Notes: generated by a model from the sequence alone, not told the origin. Numbered from the whole stretch's first letter, positions 49,380 to 63,635 are shown. The stretch is DNA of 63,900 nucleotides, filler included, from Octopus bimaculoides (GCF_001194135.2; 5 parts of 5 records of this genome joined end to end with filler, not necessarily neighbours in it), one strand, 5' to 3'. A program made the numbers and translations.

Positions 49380-51796
49380 GCGATTTCATCGCCACACAAA
49401 TAGGTATTTTTCAGTTCAGAAGTGTCTTTAGTATTAGATGATGAAATACGTGAAGTTTTTATGATTAAAACACTAACTTTCCTCATTTTGTTGATAAATG
49501 CAACACTAATTTATTTAAAGTGATTGTTTAAATTTATAATAGCATATCATTCTCTTCCAAAACCCAATGAATAAAACATGCTGGAAGATGTATTTTAATA
49601 TGTTTCATTTTTTCACAGTGAGATATGGCATTCGGACGGGACCTTTCATTTTAACGCATGATGAAGAGATAATGTTTAAATATTTTGAACCTATGAATGG
49701 AATCCAATCACAATCATATATTACGACTTGTATATCAGTTCACCTCGCACTGCTTGCTACAAAATAAAGTGATTATAGGAAATATATTGATATATAATAA
49801 TTTCAGCGAAGTACTAATCAGGTTAAACGTTAGTGAAAAATGGATGTGCAGTTTTTGAAGTGGTAATGCATAATAGTAGAGTTTTTTTTTTATTTAGATA
49901 ACAAATTCGATTTTAGATTTCTATTAAAATCAAATATTTTCTATAACTTTATTTCTTCATTTCGTTTTTCTTTTATTTCAATAAATACAAAATATCGGAA
50001 GAAATGTCAAATATGTTCATATAAAATCCTAAAGGTTTTTATAGTTAATAATCCTCAATTTAGTTTAAAGCTGGGTGAAATAGTAATTCTCTAGATGAAA
50101 GAATATTTTAATAATGTGAAAACATAAAACCACTCTGTTATCCTGCTTTATGCATGTCACTGAAAATTTGTTAAAAAAATAAACAACAATTTTTAATGGA
50201 ATAGTATTTTTTAAAACTTTTTATGAGAATTCATTTGATCCCCACTGACCAGCTTTGAATTTATTTGGAAATTGTAATTGAATTGCCAAGAGAAAATGAA
50301 ATATAATTGTTTCGTTCTTTTCCTTCTCTTCGGTAATATTTTACTGGTACAGCGAATACTTGCGGTGGATTGTACTGCCTTAATTTCAGTATGTTTGAAA
50401 CGAAATACACTGTATTACTTTAAAGTTATAGTGGCTCATATAACTAAGATAGTAGAGGTCTCGGTCAACAGTCAATAGACGTTTTCCATCTTCTCTTCGG
50501 TAGTACATAATGCCCGTGGCCAATGTACACAATTATATGCTGTACTTTTGGAGGATGAACAGATAATATAAAAATATATTTCGTGATCATAGTATAGAGT
50601 TAACCGAAATACAGAGAAGTTTGATCTAATGTCAATTTTTTGCTAGCTTAAAGATAAGCCATCAAAATATAATCAATATACATAGAAAAATTGATATAAT
50701 TTTCGAGTAGTTCAAGTTTTAAATGTAATGTCACCATAATTAAAATTAATCTTATACAAAATTGTATTTAGATAAATGATACATACCAATTCAGCTACTC
50801 AAAAGAGGCCATAGTCAAACTTCATGAAGTTGTGTTTTTTCAAAATTTAAAGAATAAAAGTTGCATCCTCTCTCAATATTAAATAGAATTTCATTAATAC
50901 GTTGACCTCTAGAATATGTTTAATTTACCTCGACTTGATTAAATTCTGATTTATTATATTTGTTTAACGTTACTTCTGGAATGTCCTACAAGCTATTTAA
51001 ACTTAGATTGTTCCAATTCTCTGGTACGTGCGTTCATAATAACTTGATAATGATCATTAATTTCAATATTCAATCCTACAAAAATGACGGACCAATAATT
51101 AGATATGGTTAAAGCTAGTGTGATATTTCCCATCAAATGATACAACTATATTTCTAGCAAATAATTCTCTGGATCGAATTCCCATCACTTTATTTACAAA
51201 TGTAAAAAAATGTAATCAAAACATATGAAATGAAAGGGCTTAAACTAGGGATCTAACTAATCGACTCCTGCAAACCTATGAATAGAGTTTAATGAAACGC
51301 TATCCTAATATCTGTATATATAAAAGACAGGATGTGCGCGTGTGTGTGTTTATGTGTGTGTGTGTGTACGTGAATGTAATTTATGTACGTTCACAAATTA
51401 ACACGCATGTCGCTCCAATTTTAGGAGGACATTCGTCATGACACTAGCTGTATTTTCGTCAAATTATTTTTCCCAGAGGCACCAGCGAATAGCAGTAACA
51501 ATAAGTTTTCAACCAAACCTTTGAATAATTTTCAAGTCGGAGGATCACAATTTTTTACAAACAGGAGTTAAGTCCCTTCCTAGTGACGAATAATTTTTGT
51601 TAAGACTTTTGTTGTTTTTTTTCCATCGAAGAAAAAAGTGTTTTGTTGATATACGGGCAACACACATACACACATACGAACATTTATGCGTACAAAAAAT
51701 ATGTATGCATTTGGTGTACGTACGTACGTGTGTGTATGTGTGTGTGTGTGTGCGCGCGTGTGCGCGCGCGCGTGTGAGTGTGTATGTGTGTTTCCC

Positions 51797-51850
<54 letters not shown>

Positions 51851-53289
51851 TTAAGACTTAGTTGTGGTCTGAACATAACCGCTTCTGATACACAGGATCG
51901 GAAGCCCTTATGGGCATTCTTTTTTCCTTGCTGGAAGGGTTCCCAACCCATGGGCAAAAAGGAGTTAGATAATGGGAGTGGTATTTTCAAAGGGTTGGCA
52001 TGTGTAACCTGNNNNNNNNNNNNNNNNNNNNNNNNNNNNNNNNNNNNNNNNNNNNNNNNNNNNNNNNNNNNNNNNNNNNNNNNNNNNNNNNNNNNNNNNN
52101 NNNNNNNNNNNNNNNNNNNNNNNNNNNNNNNNNNNNNNNNNNNNNNNNNNNNNNNNNNNNNNNNNNNNNNNNNNNNNNNNNNNNNNNNNNNNNNNNNNNN
52201 NNNNNNNNNNNNNNNNNNNNNNNNNNNNNNNNNNNNNNNNNNNNNNNNNNNNNNNNNNNNNNNNNNNNNNNNNNNNNNNNNNNNNNNNNNNNNNNNNNNN
52301 NNNNNNNNNNNNNNNNNNNNNNNATATATATATATAATCTCATGTTTATATATATTGTATGCCATAAAATGCATTCACTTTAGTGACTCTTACACGACAG
52401 AAAACTTCAAAGGCGCAGACAGACTACACAGTTGTTTTTTGCATTCATTCTATATTAGTTGTGAAGTATATTTATTCACCTCTGATACATAAGATCACAA
52501 AATCTACTTGTAGCAGTAGATATTTCATTTTCTATATACTATATTGTGTCCTACAAAAAGTTATTAAGTTGGTTATGCGGTACCAGTTTCAGCAATAGAG
52601 AAACAAAGTCGTCAGTATTTTTGCGTTTGGTTCGTAAATTATTGTCGAGGAAATATATACAGAAAAGAAAAACAAAATAATTATGCCTTGTAACTTAAGG
52701 ACAAGTACTTTTATATATTTCATTTTCTGTGGCTTAATATACCTATCGTCTTTAAAATAACGATGTTAACGTTGAAGGAAGAAGATGCACAGAACTGACT
52801 TGTCTGTATTTGACATTCAGTAGCGTACACAAATAGCAAATTCTTTGTGCAGAGCGGTATATGCCACGGGAAATAATATAATGTTTGTGAAACTCCCAAT
52901 GACATCTATAAGTGGAATAATATGTAAAAAATCATCAGGTCTACTAAACATGTTTCTTGGAGGCATTAATATGGGAATAATTTGATAATTAAATTCTGGT
53001 AATAATTTGATAATTAAGTAAATTCTTGTCATTTTTTGTCGCTTTTGAAGGTAATAGAAATATTTCTTTAAATGTTTGTTGATTGGCTTGCCTGAGATAA
53101 AAAAAAAAAGGTAAAGCACTACAACGTTATTTTAGAAAGAAAATTATTGATTTATGATAAATGTCACAATATCACAGTATCGACCCGACTATCAGAAGTT
53201 GTTATACACAAACGGTTACAATGCGCTTCAAATTCTGTCTTGATTGCGCCATTCTTTTCTATCTTAACACAAATTGCATGGCTAAATTG

Positions 53290-54022
53290 GCTATTTATTC
53301 TGGTGTGTGAGTGGGGGGAGGGCTTTCAAGTGCTCTTTTCCAATTTCTTGCATCCTCTCGGCAACTGCATGTGTCCACCTGTTGTCTGCGAATCCTGCAA
53401 CATGTCCAACCCAGCGGAAATTGTGATTTCGGTACTCTGCTATCACATTGGACACTCCGTTCCGCTCTCCTCTTATCTCATTTCAAATGTACTCTCTTAG
53501 TGATATCCCTTGCATGGATCTTTCCGTAGCCCTTTGCGTCGATGTTCTTCATAGTAGCTCATGTCTCACTTGCGTATAAGGGTACAGCAGGACTGTGCTA
53601 TTTATGAGTCTGGTACGTGTGGCCTTGTTTAGTTTTGTTTGGAGCACATGTTTTATTGAGTTAAATGCCTGACTTCCTGTCCTCAGTCCCTTTCAACATT
53701 AAAATCACGGCGCATACTGTGTAGACATATTTCTTAACCTCTTCGACTTCATCGCTTTTCACCTCTATTTGGCCTTGTGCTATGTATTCCGACCGCATTT
53801 ATTTTGTTTTCATATGGCTCGTGTTAAAACCTACTGCTAAGCTCTGAGGGTTTACTTTTGTCAGCATGGTCTGCAGTAGGTCTGTTGTTTCAGCGAGCTC
53901 TACAATATCATTTGCGAATCAGAGGTGAGTTAGTTGTTCGCCATTCATGTTCAGGCCAACAGCTGTGTCGACGTTCTTAAACACCATGTCCAGACACGTG
54001 GTAAAGTGTTTTGGAGGGATGT
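53290..54022 (-). mobile_element. Decayed RTE-clade LINE, RT domain and C-terminus
   Basis: DNIPPKHFTTCLDMVF...LNMNGEQLTHL*FANDIV...PLYASET*; corresponds to the RTE consensus SPKLFT.CL, HL.FADDIV, LYASETW. Confidence 0.8.
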
Positions 54023-54027
54023 TATCT

Positions 54028-54140
54028 TAGTGGTTAGGGTATATTGCTCAAGATCATAAGAACGTGAGTTCGATTCACGGTGCTGTGTCCTTGAGCAAGA
54101 CACATTAATTCACATTGCTCCAGTCACGTAGCTGCCAAAA
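54028..54140 (+). mobile_element. SINE family C
   Basis: TAGTGGTTAGGG...GTGAGTTCGATTC...TGTGTCCTTGAGCAAGACAC..TTCACATTGCTCCAGTC. Confidence 0.75.
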
Positions 54141-54535
54141 AATGCCTTCTACGTGTAGTTCAAAAGAGATATGTAAAGGAAAAGTTATACAAATATCCCA
54201 CTCCGTGACACATAACAGCATATGGGAAGATATTCTAGTTTTAAAGATATCTGTCCTTTGTACTTTGTGTAAGTTGGATCTATTAATATAAATATTTATA
54301 TATTTATACTTAGATATTCATCGTCTGAAAGTTTCTAACTTTTGTTTTCTCTCGTTTTGCATGGATACATATGTACATATTTTGCATTTCATACCCAAAT
54401 TATTACAGTTAATATATCTAATTTCTTTATCCAGATAATTGTTCACGGATGTGTGTGCATGTGTGTGTGCATGTGTGTGTGCATGTGTGTGTGTGTACTA
54501 ATGTGTGTGTGTCTTTCTGTGCGTGTATTGAAAGC

Positions 54536-54780
54536 GGAGCCGCGTGTTGCTTTCACGATATTGTAAGGTTGTGGTTTCGACTACTGGTCAGAGTGATGCG
54601 TTGTATTCTTGAGCAAAACGTTTCATTTCAATTTCCTCAAGTCCACCCAGCTGACAATAATAAATAATCCTGCGATGGACCGATACACCGGCGTCCTTTT
54701 CGAAGGAAATATATAGGCCACACAATCTGGAAATCGGCCTTAAGAACTTACGGGTCGGGAAAGAACTTTCATCCTTTGTT
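54536..54780 (+). mobile_element. Old SINE family C-like copy
   Basis: GTGGTTTCGACT..., TTCTTGAGCAAAAC.TTTCATTTC..., GTCCACCCAGCTG. Confidence 0.55.
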
Positions 54781-54854
54781 TTATGTACTACATGGTGAAG
54801 CCATCAATGTCTTTTCATAAATTACTTGCACATATTTGGTTTCATAACCATACA

Positions 54855-55078
54855 CAATAATCCCTCGACATATCGCGGTTCAGCTATCGCAGTTTACTAT
54901 TTAAGCTTACGTTGATTCCTCTTTGGCCTTGTTTTGAATTTATAATAATATAAATGTATACAAGTTATAAAAATAATAAAGATATATACAGCACAATACT
55001 GTTTCTACTTCGCAGATTTTCACCTTTCACGGGGTGGGGGCTTGGAACATAACACCCGAGATAGTTGAGGGATTACAG
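54855..55078. mobile_element. pogo/Tigger-type MITE
   Basis: Ends CAATAATCCCTCG / GAGGGATTACAG|TA resemble CAGTAATCCCTCG TIRs; subterminal TCGCGG and TTCGCAGATTTT..GGAACATAAC motifs. Confidence 0.6.
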
Positions 55079-57348
55079 TATATCAATATATGTGTGTATG
55101 CATACACACGCACGCATACACATACACACGCACAAAACACTCGCACATCAACATACCCATTCACACACACACACACACACGATAAGTCAGTTAGTAATAA
55201 TCCCGAAACTTGTATATACATACACTTGTGTATATGCGCACACGTACAGATATATGGATAAATGTATGCATGTGTGTAAGGTGTATATGGGTGAGGTGTT
55301 CGCAATCGTGTGTGCACGTGTATGCGCGAGCTCATGCGTACTACTATGTGTGTGTATGTATTTAAAAGGACGCATTCTAAATGCATTGGTATTCCAATTT
55401 TCATTAATTTAAAGTTAAGACGTTCACAGATTAGTCTTGCTAAGTTAAATGCATTTTACTCCATTCTTGTACGATAACGAGTTAAGAATAAAAATAGCAC
55501 TTTGCTAGACAGGAAATCCAATGAAAGTGTTCTCTTTACTGTTCACTACCATACGCGCTACATTTGTGGACTGTGATAATCATTAAACATATCAGACCAG
55601 AAAATGCCACTGGAATAATTTTACCACGATTACATATCCATAAATCGATAAATTCCGTGACAACTTCAAGACGTTTAGCTCAAAACTTACCATTCGGATT
55701 AAAATCAGCGAAACCGCAATAACATTTCCGTAATTCTGTAGAGCTTTAATAGTCTTGTGATCTAACAGAGATATGTCAAAGATACTGCCTCAACATAACA
55801 GCAACGACCTTTTTGAATTATATTGTTAGAATGAATATATCTATGCGGCTTTACAAGGAGACCTCTGAAACTTAAAATCATGATTTTTTGATAGTTACTG
55901 GATTATAGTTTCATATGTCCTAGGTGAGATTGCTTAAGATTATATTAATATATAAAATAGTCCCCTATTTCGAAAATACATTAGGCTAAGTGATATGGAG
56001 ATTAAAACATGGCTGTTAACTTCGACAAAGAATGATAAGTTCCGTAAGTTTATGTATATTTCTCAGATGGTTAGGAAGTAATTTAGCTAGTACTGTAGAC
56101 AATAACTATGTTACCGAAAGGAAATGAGATTTATGCTTTTTAGTATACTGTACGGAACAAGTAATCTTACAATTAACATGATAACTTAATGCGACAAATA
56201 TATTTATGCTTATGCACACATGCACTCATACGTACTGACACTCTCACATACATACGCAAGCACAAAATAGTTTAACGTCAGATTAGAAGTACCTTATAAA
56301 GGAAAGAAAATTTGCCTTTGATAGTACAAAATATGTGCATACACATTCACACGCACACACATGTACATACACGCACGTGCGCGCGCGCACACACACATAC
56401 ATATATATACACATGACTGATCTTGATTATTGAGATTACCTTGAAACTTTTAATCTTTATTCCTCTAACGCCGCCGCCGTCAGAACATCATTTGCACAAT
56501 GTGTAGATTATGCCACCAACGTTGCCCGAAGAATCTTAACATTAGATTCAGAATTCATCCAAGGATGAGGCCACGTGCCATACACAATTCAAGATCACAG
56601 CACATAAATTCCCAGCAACACAATTTCATTTCCTCAACAGGTTGTACTCTAGTTAGAATTATCCCAGAACACATCAATTTTTCGGTGAAACACATCTAAT
56701 TATCGGTCAGTTGATCCTAAGTCCCCAAAAAAGCACACTTAAAATATTTTTGACTANNNNNNNNNNNNNNNNNNNNNNNNNNNNNNNNNNNNNNNNNNNN
56801 NNNNNNNNNNNNNNNNNNNNNNNNNNNNNNNNNNNNNNNNNNNNNNNNNNNNNNNNNNNNNNNNNNNNNNNNNNNNNNNNNNNNNNNNNNNNNNNNNNNN
56901 NNNNNNNNNNNNNNNNNNNNNNNNNNNNNNNNNNNNNNNNNNNNNNNNNNNNNNNNNNNNNNNNNNNNNNNNNNNNNNNNNNNNNNNNNNNNNNNNNNNN
57001 NNNNNNNNNNNNNNNNNNNNNNNNNNNNNNNNNNNNNNNNNNNNNNNNNNNNNNNNNNNNNNNNNNNNNNNNNNNNNNNNNNNNNNNNNNNNNNNNNNNN
57101 NNNNNNNNNNNNNNNNNNNNNNNNNNNNNNNNNNNNNNNNNNNNNNNNNNNNNNNNNNNNNNNNNNNNNNNNNNNNNNNNNNNNNNNNNNNNNNNNNNNN
57201 NNNNNNNNNNNNNNNNNNNNNNNNNNNNNNNNNNNNNNNNNNNNNNNNNNNNAATCCTTAGAGCGACTGATAGAAAACTTCACCTTATCTGTTTTTATAC
57301 TGTAAGGCTTAAGTTTAAATTTCGTTTTGACGGATATTAATGATGGAA

Positions 57349-58020
57349 AGGCGGTGAGCTGGCAGAAACGTTAGGACGCCGTGCGAAATGCTTTGCGATA
57401 TTTCGTCTGTCTTTACGTTCTGAATTCAAATTACGCCGAGGTTGACTTTGTCTTTCATGGTCGATAAATTAAGTAGCAGTTGCGTACTGGAGGTGATCTA
57501 ATCGACTGGCCACCTTCCCCAAAATTTCGGGCCTTGTGCCTAGAGTAGAAAAGAATATTAATGACGGAAGAATGGTAGTATTGTTGACTAGTCGAGAAAC
57601 AAGCTTTACATTACGCAGTTACGATTCTTTAAATTTCAAGTTCAAATTTCGTCGAAGCCAAAAGTCTTTCCCCTCTTTTCTTTGTCGCTAAAATAATAAA
57701 CATTCAAGTATTGGCGTCCCATTAATGAGCGCCTTCCCGCCAAACTGTTTGATTTGTACCTAAATGAAAGGTTACTATCAATAAAATATAGATTTTATTA
57801 ATGTATATTGTCGCTGAAAATTAAATGACTCGTTAGAATGTTGGGCAAAACACCTTGCTGCACTTGATTTTGTTCTTTACATTCGATGTTCAAATCCTAT
57901 TGACGTCAACTTAACTGTTCATCCTTTTATTGTCGATAAAATAAAGTATATATTAAGCACAGGGGACGATGAAATCGACTAACAAACACCCAGGAAAATA
58001 GCTGGCACTGTGCCAAAATA
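57349..58020 (+). mobile_element. Three tandem SINE family B copies of increasing divergence
   Basis: Near-consensus copy 57349-57560, degenerate copies at about 57580-57765 and 57815-58020 (GTTCAAAT, GTCGATAAA, AATCGACT). Confidence 0.7.
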
Positions 58021-58676
58021 AAAAATTAATTATATCAATATTCTTATTATATTTCTATCTTGAATGCGCATTTCACATGATCATATAGTTGTTACTACCA
58101 TTTAAATTTTAATCTTAATTTATTTACCCTCTAACTTCCTAACTTTAATTTCCGATATTGTCAAATATTAAATTGTGAATTATTTATATAAACTGTCAAC
58201 TTCTAAATTGCAAAATATTTATATAAAATGATTACTTTATAAAATCGATTTCAATGCAAATACCAATACAAATATGATATGATGAACAGTCATCACAAAA
58301 CACACACATACTATTGGTACGTTGGAGCTCAATTAAATACTACGAATTGACGAATAATAAATGAAATTATTAAAATTGACTGACAGAATGAGAATATTCA
58401 TATGTTTGAAATTTACTCTATGAAACAAATCATCCTTTTCCTTATTGTGACACTACAAAATAACAGCTTCCTTGAAAATGACTAACACGTGTACATTAAT
58501 AACATTTCAATGAAAATCATTGCCATTACATAAGAGTATTTACTACAAATACTGTAACGTTTATTTAATTCCCAATAAGTCTTACATAATACTAAATAAT
58601 GAGTCAACATCAGTGTTTCAAAAATCGAATGGCAACAATTACATTTCTCAGTGGCCGCGTGTTTGAGTATGTACCG

Positions 58677-58708
<32 letters not shown>

Positions 58709-60251
58709 AAGGGGGGGGGAGAGGGGTAAGTAAGAAATGGAGTGAAAGTGAGATAGGGTGGAGAGAGAGAAATAACGAAAGGAAGAGAGTGAAAGTGAGA
58801 AATGTAAGAGAGAAAGAGAGAGATTGTAAGTTTATATTAACATTATATGCAATATATTGAGTAATAGTATTAGAATTATGCGGGCGTTATGTGTGTGGGG
58901 GGGGTATTTGTGTGTGTTTGTAGGTGCGTGTGCGCGCGCGTGTGTAGACGTAGAGCTTCTCATGATATGGAAATGATATACAGAATTATATATTTCTGGC
59001 ACAAAATTATTATTAGAGAATATAAAGAGAGAGAGAGAGAGAGAATGATTTATTACAAATAAATACAGGATAAGTTGAGTCAATAAGCTGTTTCACAGAT
59101 TAAAGATTGAGCTTTTACATTTAACATACATTCGAGTCAAAACTACATTATAAATAGGATGTTTGGCCAGTTGTATTGAGTCCTCACTGAACATTATTAT
59201 AAACGTGCGATCAATGCTAATGACACCTTTCCTTCAAACACTAACTGCTTTCGTTCAAGTATGGCGTACTGTTTAGCTTGCAAAGCATGATGTGTGGGGA
59301 ATTGTAATAGAGCTGGAAAATTTTGGAGTTATCCTCTATATATGTATGAAAAGGAAAGGAAGAGAAAGCAGTTGGGACACTCAGAAATGCCTGGTTGAAT
59401 GTATCTTGACATGAAAAATATACTAAACAGAATGCGTGGTAGATATAATTGTATCTCTTTTCAGCGATCGAAATCGAGCTACAAAAGATTTGGCAATCTC
59501 AGGTCGTGTCTTTCATGAACAGAGTAAAAATTACGAAGGAAAATATATTGAAGCCGTCCAGTGGCAAGATGGAATGTGAAAAGAGAAAAAACAAATAATG
59601 CCTTCTCTGGAGTGCGTTATAAAGCATGAGTGCAGCACTTCGGTCGATGGACTGAGCCCATTGCAAGACAGAAACAGTGTAACCAGCATGTTGAAAGTAA
59701 CAACAGGGAAAGAAAATAAATGTCATTTACTTGATTTACAACGGAGCCCATGTTTGTTGTAGCGGTAACGGAGACTGAGTAATTGTATAAATGAATGGAC
59801 AGGAGTCAGATTCAAGAACGTGAAGTCGTGATGCGAGTTATGTAGTACATACGTGATACTGAAAGTAAAAATTTAAAGAAAATATAGATATATCTAGGTT
59901 GGAACTATCAGAATGGAGCTGAAACCCAATGCATATGAGAACTGTGAGGTAGTCATTAATGAGTGTAGAAACATCAATATAGAGACAAGAATATAGTTAA
60001 AGTGTAACAGATCGATCAACACTGTACAGCAGGTGAAAATTTAAATTTCAACAGAAGCAATGAATAAGTTAGTGTCATGAGGACATATAACAATGCTCAT
60101 GGGTACCCTATTCAATTATTCATTAGATAAGATGCAATCTGTGGTGTAAATATTACAAAGGGGTGTAGAAATGCCTTTATATCTGGTTCATTTGGAGTGT
60201 GAAGAATACAAAAAAACCTATTTGTGCACTAAACAGTAAAAGTGGTGGTGA

Positions 60252-60294
<43 letters not shown>

Positions 60295-60400
60295 CACTTG
60301 GAAATGGATGTGTGCCGTTCAATCAAATAATAATATAAATTATATATATTTATATANNNNNNNNNNNNNNNNNNNNNNNNNNNNNNNNNNNNNNNNNNNN

Positions 60401-60412
60401 TTAATTAATTAA
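60401..60412. other. Artificial scaffold linker TTAATTAATTAA
   Basis: 44 N on each side. Confidence 0.9.
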
Positions 60413-60491
60413 NNNNNNNNNNNNNNNNNNNNNNNNNNNNNNNNNNNNNNNNNNNNTATATATATATACATATATATATACATACATATAA

Positions 60492-60522
<31 letters not shown>

Positions 60523-60807
60523 TATATATGTATATATACATATATATATATGTATATATATACACACATGTACACAAGTATGTGTTTATATATAAATATG
60601 TACATACATATACATGAAAATGTGTAAATATATATATATATATATCCACACACATATATATGTATATACATAAACACACATACACACATATATATACACA
60701 CACACATACAAACATACATACACATATATACACAAATATGCATATATATACGTACATATATATATACATACATATACATATACACATATATATGTGTTGT
60801 ATGTTTG

Positions 60808-60838
<31 letters not shown>

Positions 60839-61708
60839 NNNNNNNNNNNNNNNNNNNNNNNNNNNNNNNNNNNNNNNNNNNNNNNNNNNNNNNNNNNNNN
60901 NNNNNNNNNNNNNNNNNNNNNNNNNNNNNNNNNNNNNNNNNNNNNNNNNNNNNNNNNNNNNNNNNNNNNNNNNNNNNNNNNNNNNNNNNNNNNNNNNNNN
61001 NNNNNNNNNNNNNNNNNNNNNNNNNNNNNNNNNNNNNNNNNNNNNNNNNNNNNNNNNNNNNNNNNNNNNNNNNNNNNNNNNNNNNNNNNNNNNNNNNNNN
61101 NNNNNNNNNNNNNNNNNNNNNNNNNNNNNNNNNNNNNNNNNNNNNNNNNNNNNNNNNNNNNNNNNNNNNNNNNNNNNNNNNNNNNNNNNNNNNNNNNNNN
61201 NNNNNNNNNNNNNNNNNNNNNNNNNNNNNNNNNNNNNNNNNNNNNNNNNNNNNNNNNNNNNNNNNNNNNNNNNNNNNNNNNNNNNNNNNNNNNNNNNNNN
61301 NNNNNNNNNNNNNNNNNNNNNNNNNNNNNNNNNNNNNNNNNNNNNNNNNNNNNNNNNNNNNNNNNNNNNNNNNNNNNNNNNNNNNNNNNNNNNNNNNNNN
61401 NNNNNNNNNNNNNNNNNNNNNNNNNNNNNNNNNNNNNNNNNNNNNNNNNNNNNNNNNNNNNNNNNNNNNNNNNNNNNNNNNNNNNNNNNNNNNNNNNNNN
61501 NNNNNNNNNNNNNNNNNNNNNNNNNNNNNNNNNNNNNNNNNNNNNNNNNNNNNNNNNNNNNNNNNNNNNNNNNNNNNNNNNNNNNNNNNNNNNNNNNNNN
61601 NNNNNNNNNNNNNNNNNNNNNNNNNNNNNNNNNNNNNNNNNNNNNNNNNNNNNNNNNNNNNNNNNNNNNNNNNNNNNNNNNNNNNNNNNNNNNNNNNNNN
61701 NNNNNNNN

Positions 61709-61775
<67 letters not shown>

Positions 61776-61914
61776 TATATGTACATACACACGTATACAC
61801 ATGCACACAAACATACAAATACACACAAATGAATGCACATATACACATACACATATATGGTATCATTTTTTAGTTTTATTTAAACTTTATTCTTTTTTTT
61901 TTCTCTCTCAACAT

Positions 61915-63070
61915 ATCCACACATTCACACACACAGATTCACACACATGCACATTCTCATGCGCAAACATTTTCGCACACACACATATTCACGCACACAC
62001 ACACACAGATTCACACATGCACAATTTCATAAAAGCATGCATTTTCGCTCACACATTCATATCCACAGATACACATAGATTCACATGCACACACACATTC
62101 ACACACACACATTCGCACATATGCACACACATTCACACACATGCGCACACATTTTCACACGCATGCACATTCACACGCACACAGATTTACACACTCAACC
62201 ACACATATTTTCACACACACACATTCAAACATACACAGATTCACACACACACATTCACACGCATACAGATTTGCACACGCATACACACTCACACACATTC
62301 ACAAGCACACATATTCACACACATTCACATACACACACACACACACACGTACATCTACACATTCCTACTACTCTCTACCCACACACATGCACACCCTTTT
62401 TTCTCTCTCTCTCTCTCACTTTTTCTGTCCTNNNNNNNNNNNNNNNNNNNNNNNNNNNNNNNNNNNNNNNNNNNNNNNNNNNNNNNNNNNNNNNNNNNNN
62501 NNNNNNNNNNNNNNNNNNNNNNNNNNNNNNNNNNNNNNNNNNNNNNNNNNNNNNNNNNNNNNNNNNNNNNNNNNNNNNNNNNNNNNNNNNNNNNNNNNNN
62601 NNNNNNNNNNNNNNNNNNNNNNNNNNNNNNNNNNNNNNNNNNNNNNNNNNNNNNNNNNNNNNNNNNNNNNNNNNNNNNNNNNNNNNNNNNNNNNNNNNNN
62701 NNNNNNNNNNNNNNNNNNNNNNNNNNNNNNNNNNNNNNNNNNNNNNNNNNNNNNNNNNNNNNNNNNNNNNNNNNNNNNNNNNNNNNNNNNNNNNNNNNNN
62801 NNNNNNNNNNNNNNNNNNNNNNNNNNNNNNNNNNNNNNNNNNNNNNNNNNNNNNNNNNNNNNNNNNNNNNNNNNNCACACACAGATTCACACACACACAC
62901 ATGCACAAAGATTCAAACATGCACACACACACACACACACACACTCATTCACACTACACACATTCACACTACACTCCACCAATACACAAGCATGTACACT
63001 TTTCTCTCTCTCTCTTTTCTCTCCAATCCCCGATTTGTAAATAACACACACACATGCACACGCACATACC
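61915..63070. repeat. Cryptic CA-rich satellite (CACACAGATTCACACAC-like units) spanning a gap
   Basis: Recurrent ACAGATTCACAC / ACATTCACAC motifs. Confidence 0.85.
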
Positions 63071-63194
63071 CACACAATCTCGCCTTCTTGGTTTTCCTAT
63101 CTCTGCGTGATGAGAATAAATGCAACTATAGAAGCGTTGAGCTTTGAATATTTTTGTGTACCTCAAGAATTACTATAACTTGTCTTTGTAAGCA

Positions 63195-63515
63195 AAACTG
63201 GAGGATGCAGAGAATCCTACCTCACACAATATAGAAGCGTTTCTCATGACCCCAGCAGACAAAATGGAAAAGGCGTTGCCCCAGAGCATAGCAAGGGAGA
63301 TGTGCTGGGACAGCCATTCTGACCCCAAGGCGCTCACACTTGAGGACTGCAATCTCGACCCCAATAGCGGTGAGCAGGGATATATTGTCCAGGGTCCAAG
63401 AACGTCAGATGTCTCAACTGCTACAGGCTCAGCCATAATCCTGTCGGAGAGCGACTGACACCGTGACAGCTTTTTTTTGTCCCTCAGTCTGACAAGCAGT
63501 GAAGCCTGGGCTGAT
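63195..63515 (-). mobile_element. Remnant of a CRE-like non-LTR retrotransposon restriction-like endonuclease (RLE) C-terminus
   Basis: RDKKKLSRCQSLSDRIMAEPVAVETSDVLGPW..LLGSRL..SEWLSQHISLAMLWGNAFSIL matches the K..KY..L....F.P.AVET.G..G...LG.RL.....L.Q.IS.A..RGNA..IL pattern. Confidence 0.65.
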
Positions 63516-63635
63516 AGCTGGTAACACCAAGTGTGTGTGTATGTGTGTGCGAAGAACACTCATTACATATATATACAACAGGCCTCTTTCAGTTTCCATC
63601 CACTAAATCTGTTCACAAGGCTTTGAAGGGGGACT

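Noticed and set aside
49619-49767. Plus-strand acceptor followed by a 49-codon frame
   Set aside because: Opposite strand to INF2, no recognisable product, no partner exons.
55691-55761. Minus-strand candidate exon DHKTIKALQNYGNVIAVSLILIRM with gtaagt donor
   Set aside because: Several alternative acceptors, and it ends in phase 0 whereas the INF2 exon needs phase 1; no convincing homology.
56480-56700. Protein-like frame AAAVRTSFAQCVDYATNVARRILTLDSEFIQG on the plus strand
   Set aside because: No coherent splice-site pair or recognisable family.
59300-60200. Purine-rich region with faint RT-like words (AYE, TLFNYSLDK)
   Set aside because: Many stops and no YADD-like motif; may be an ancient LINE but unsupported without a profile search.
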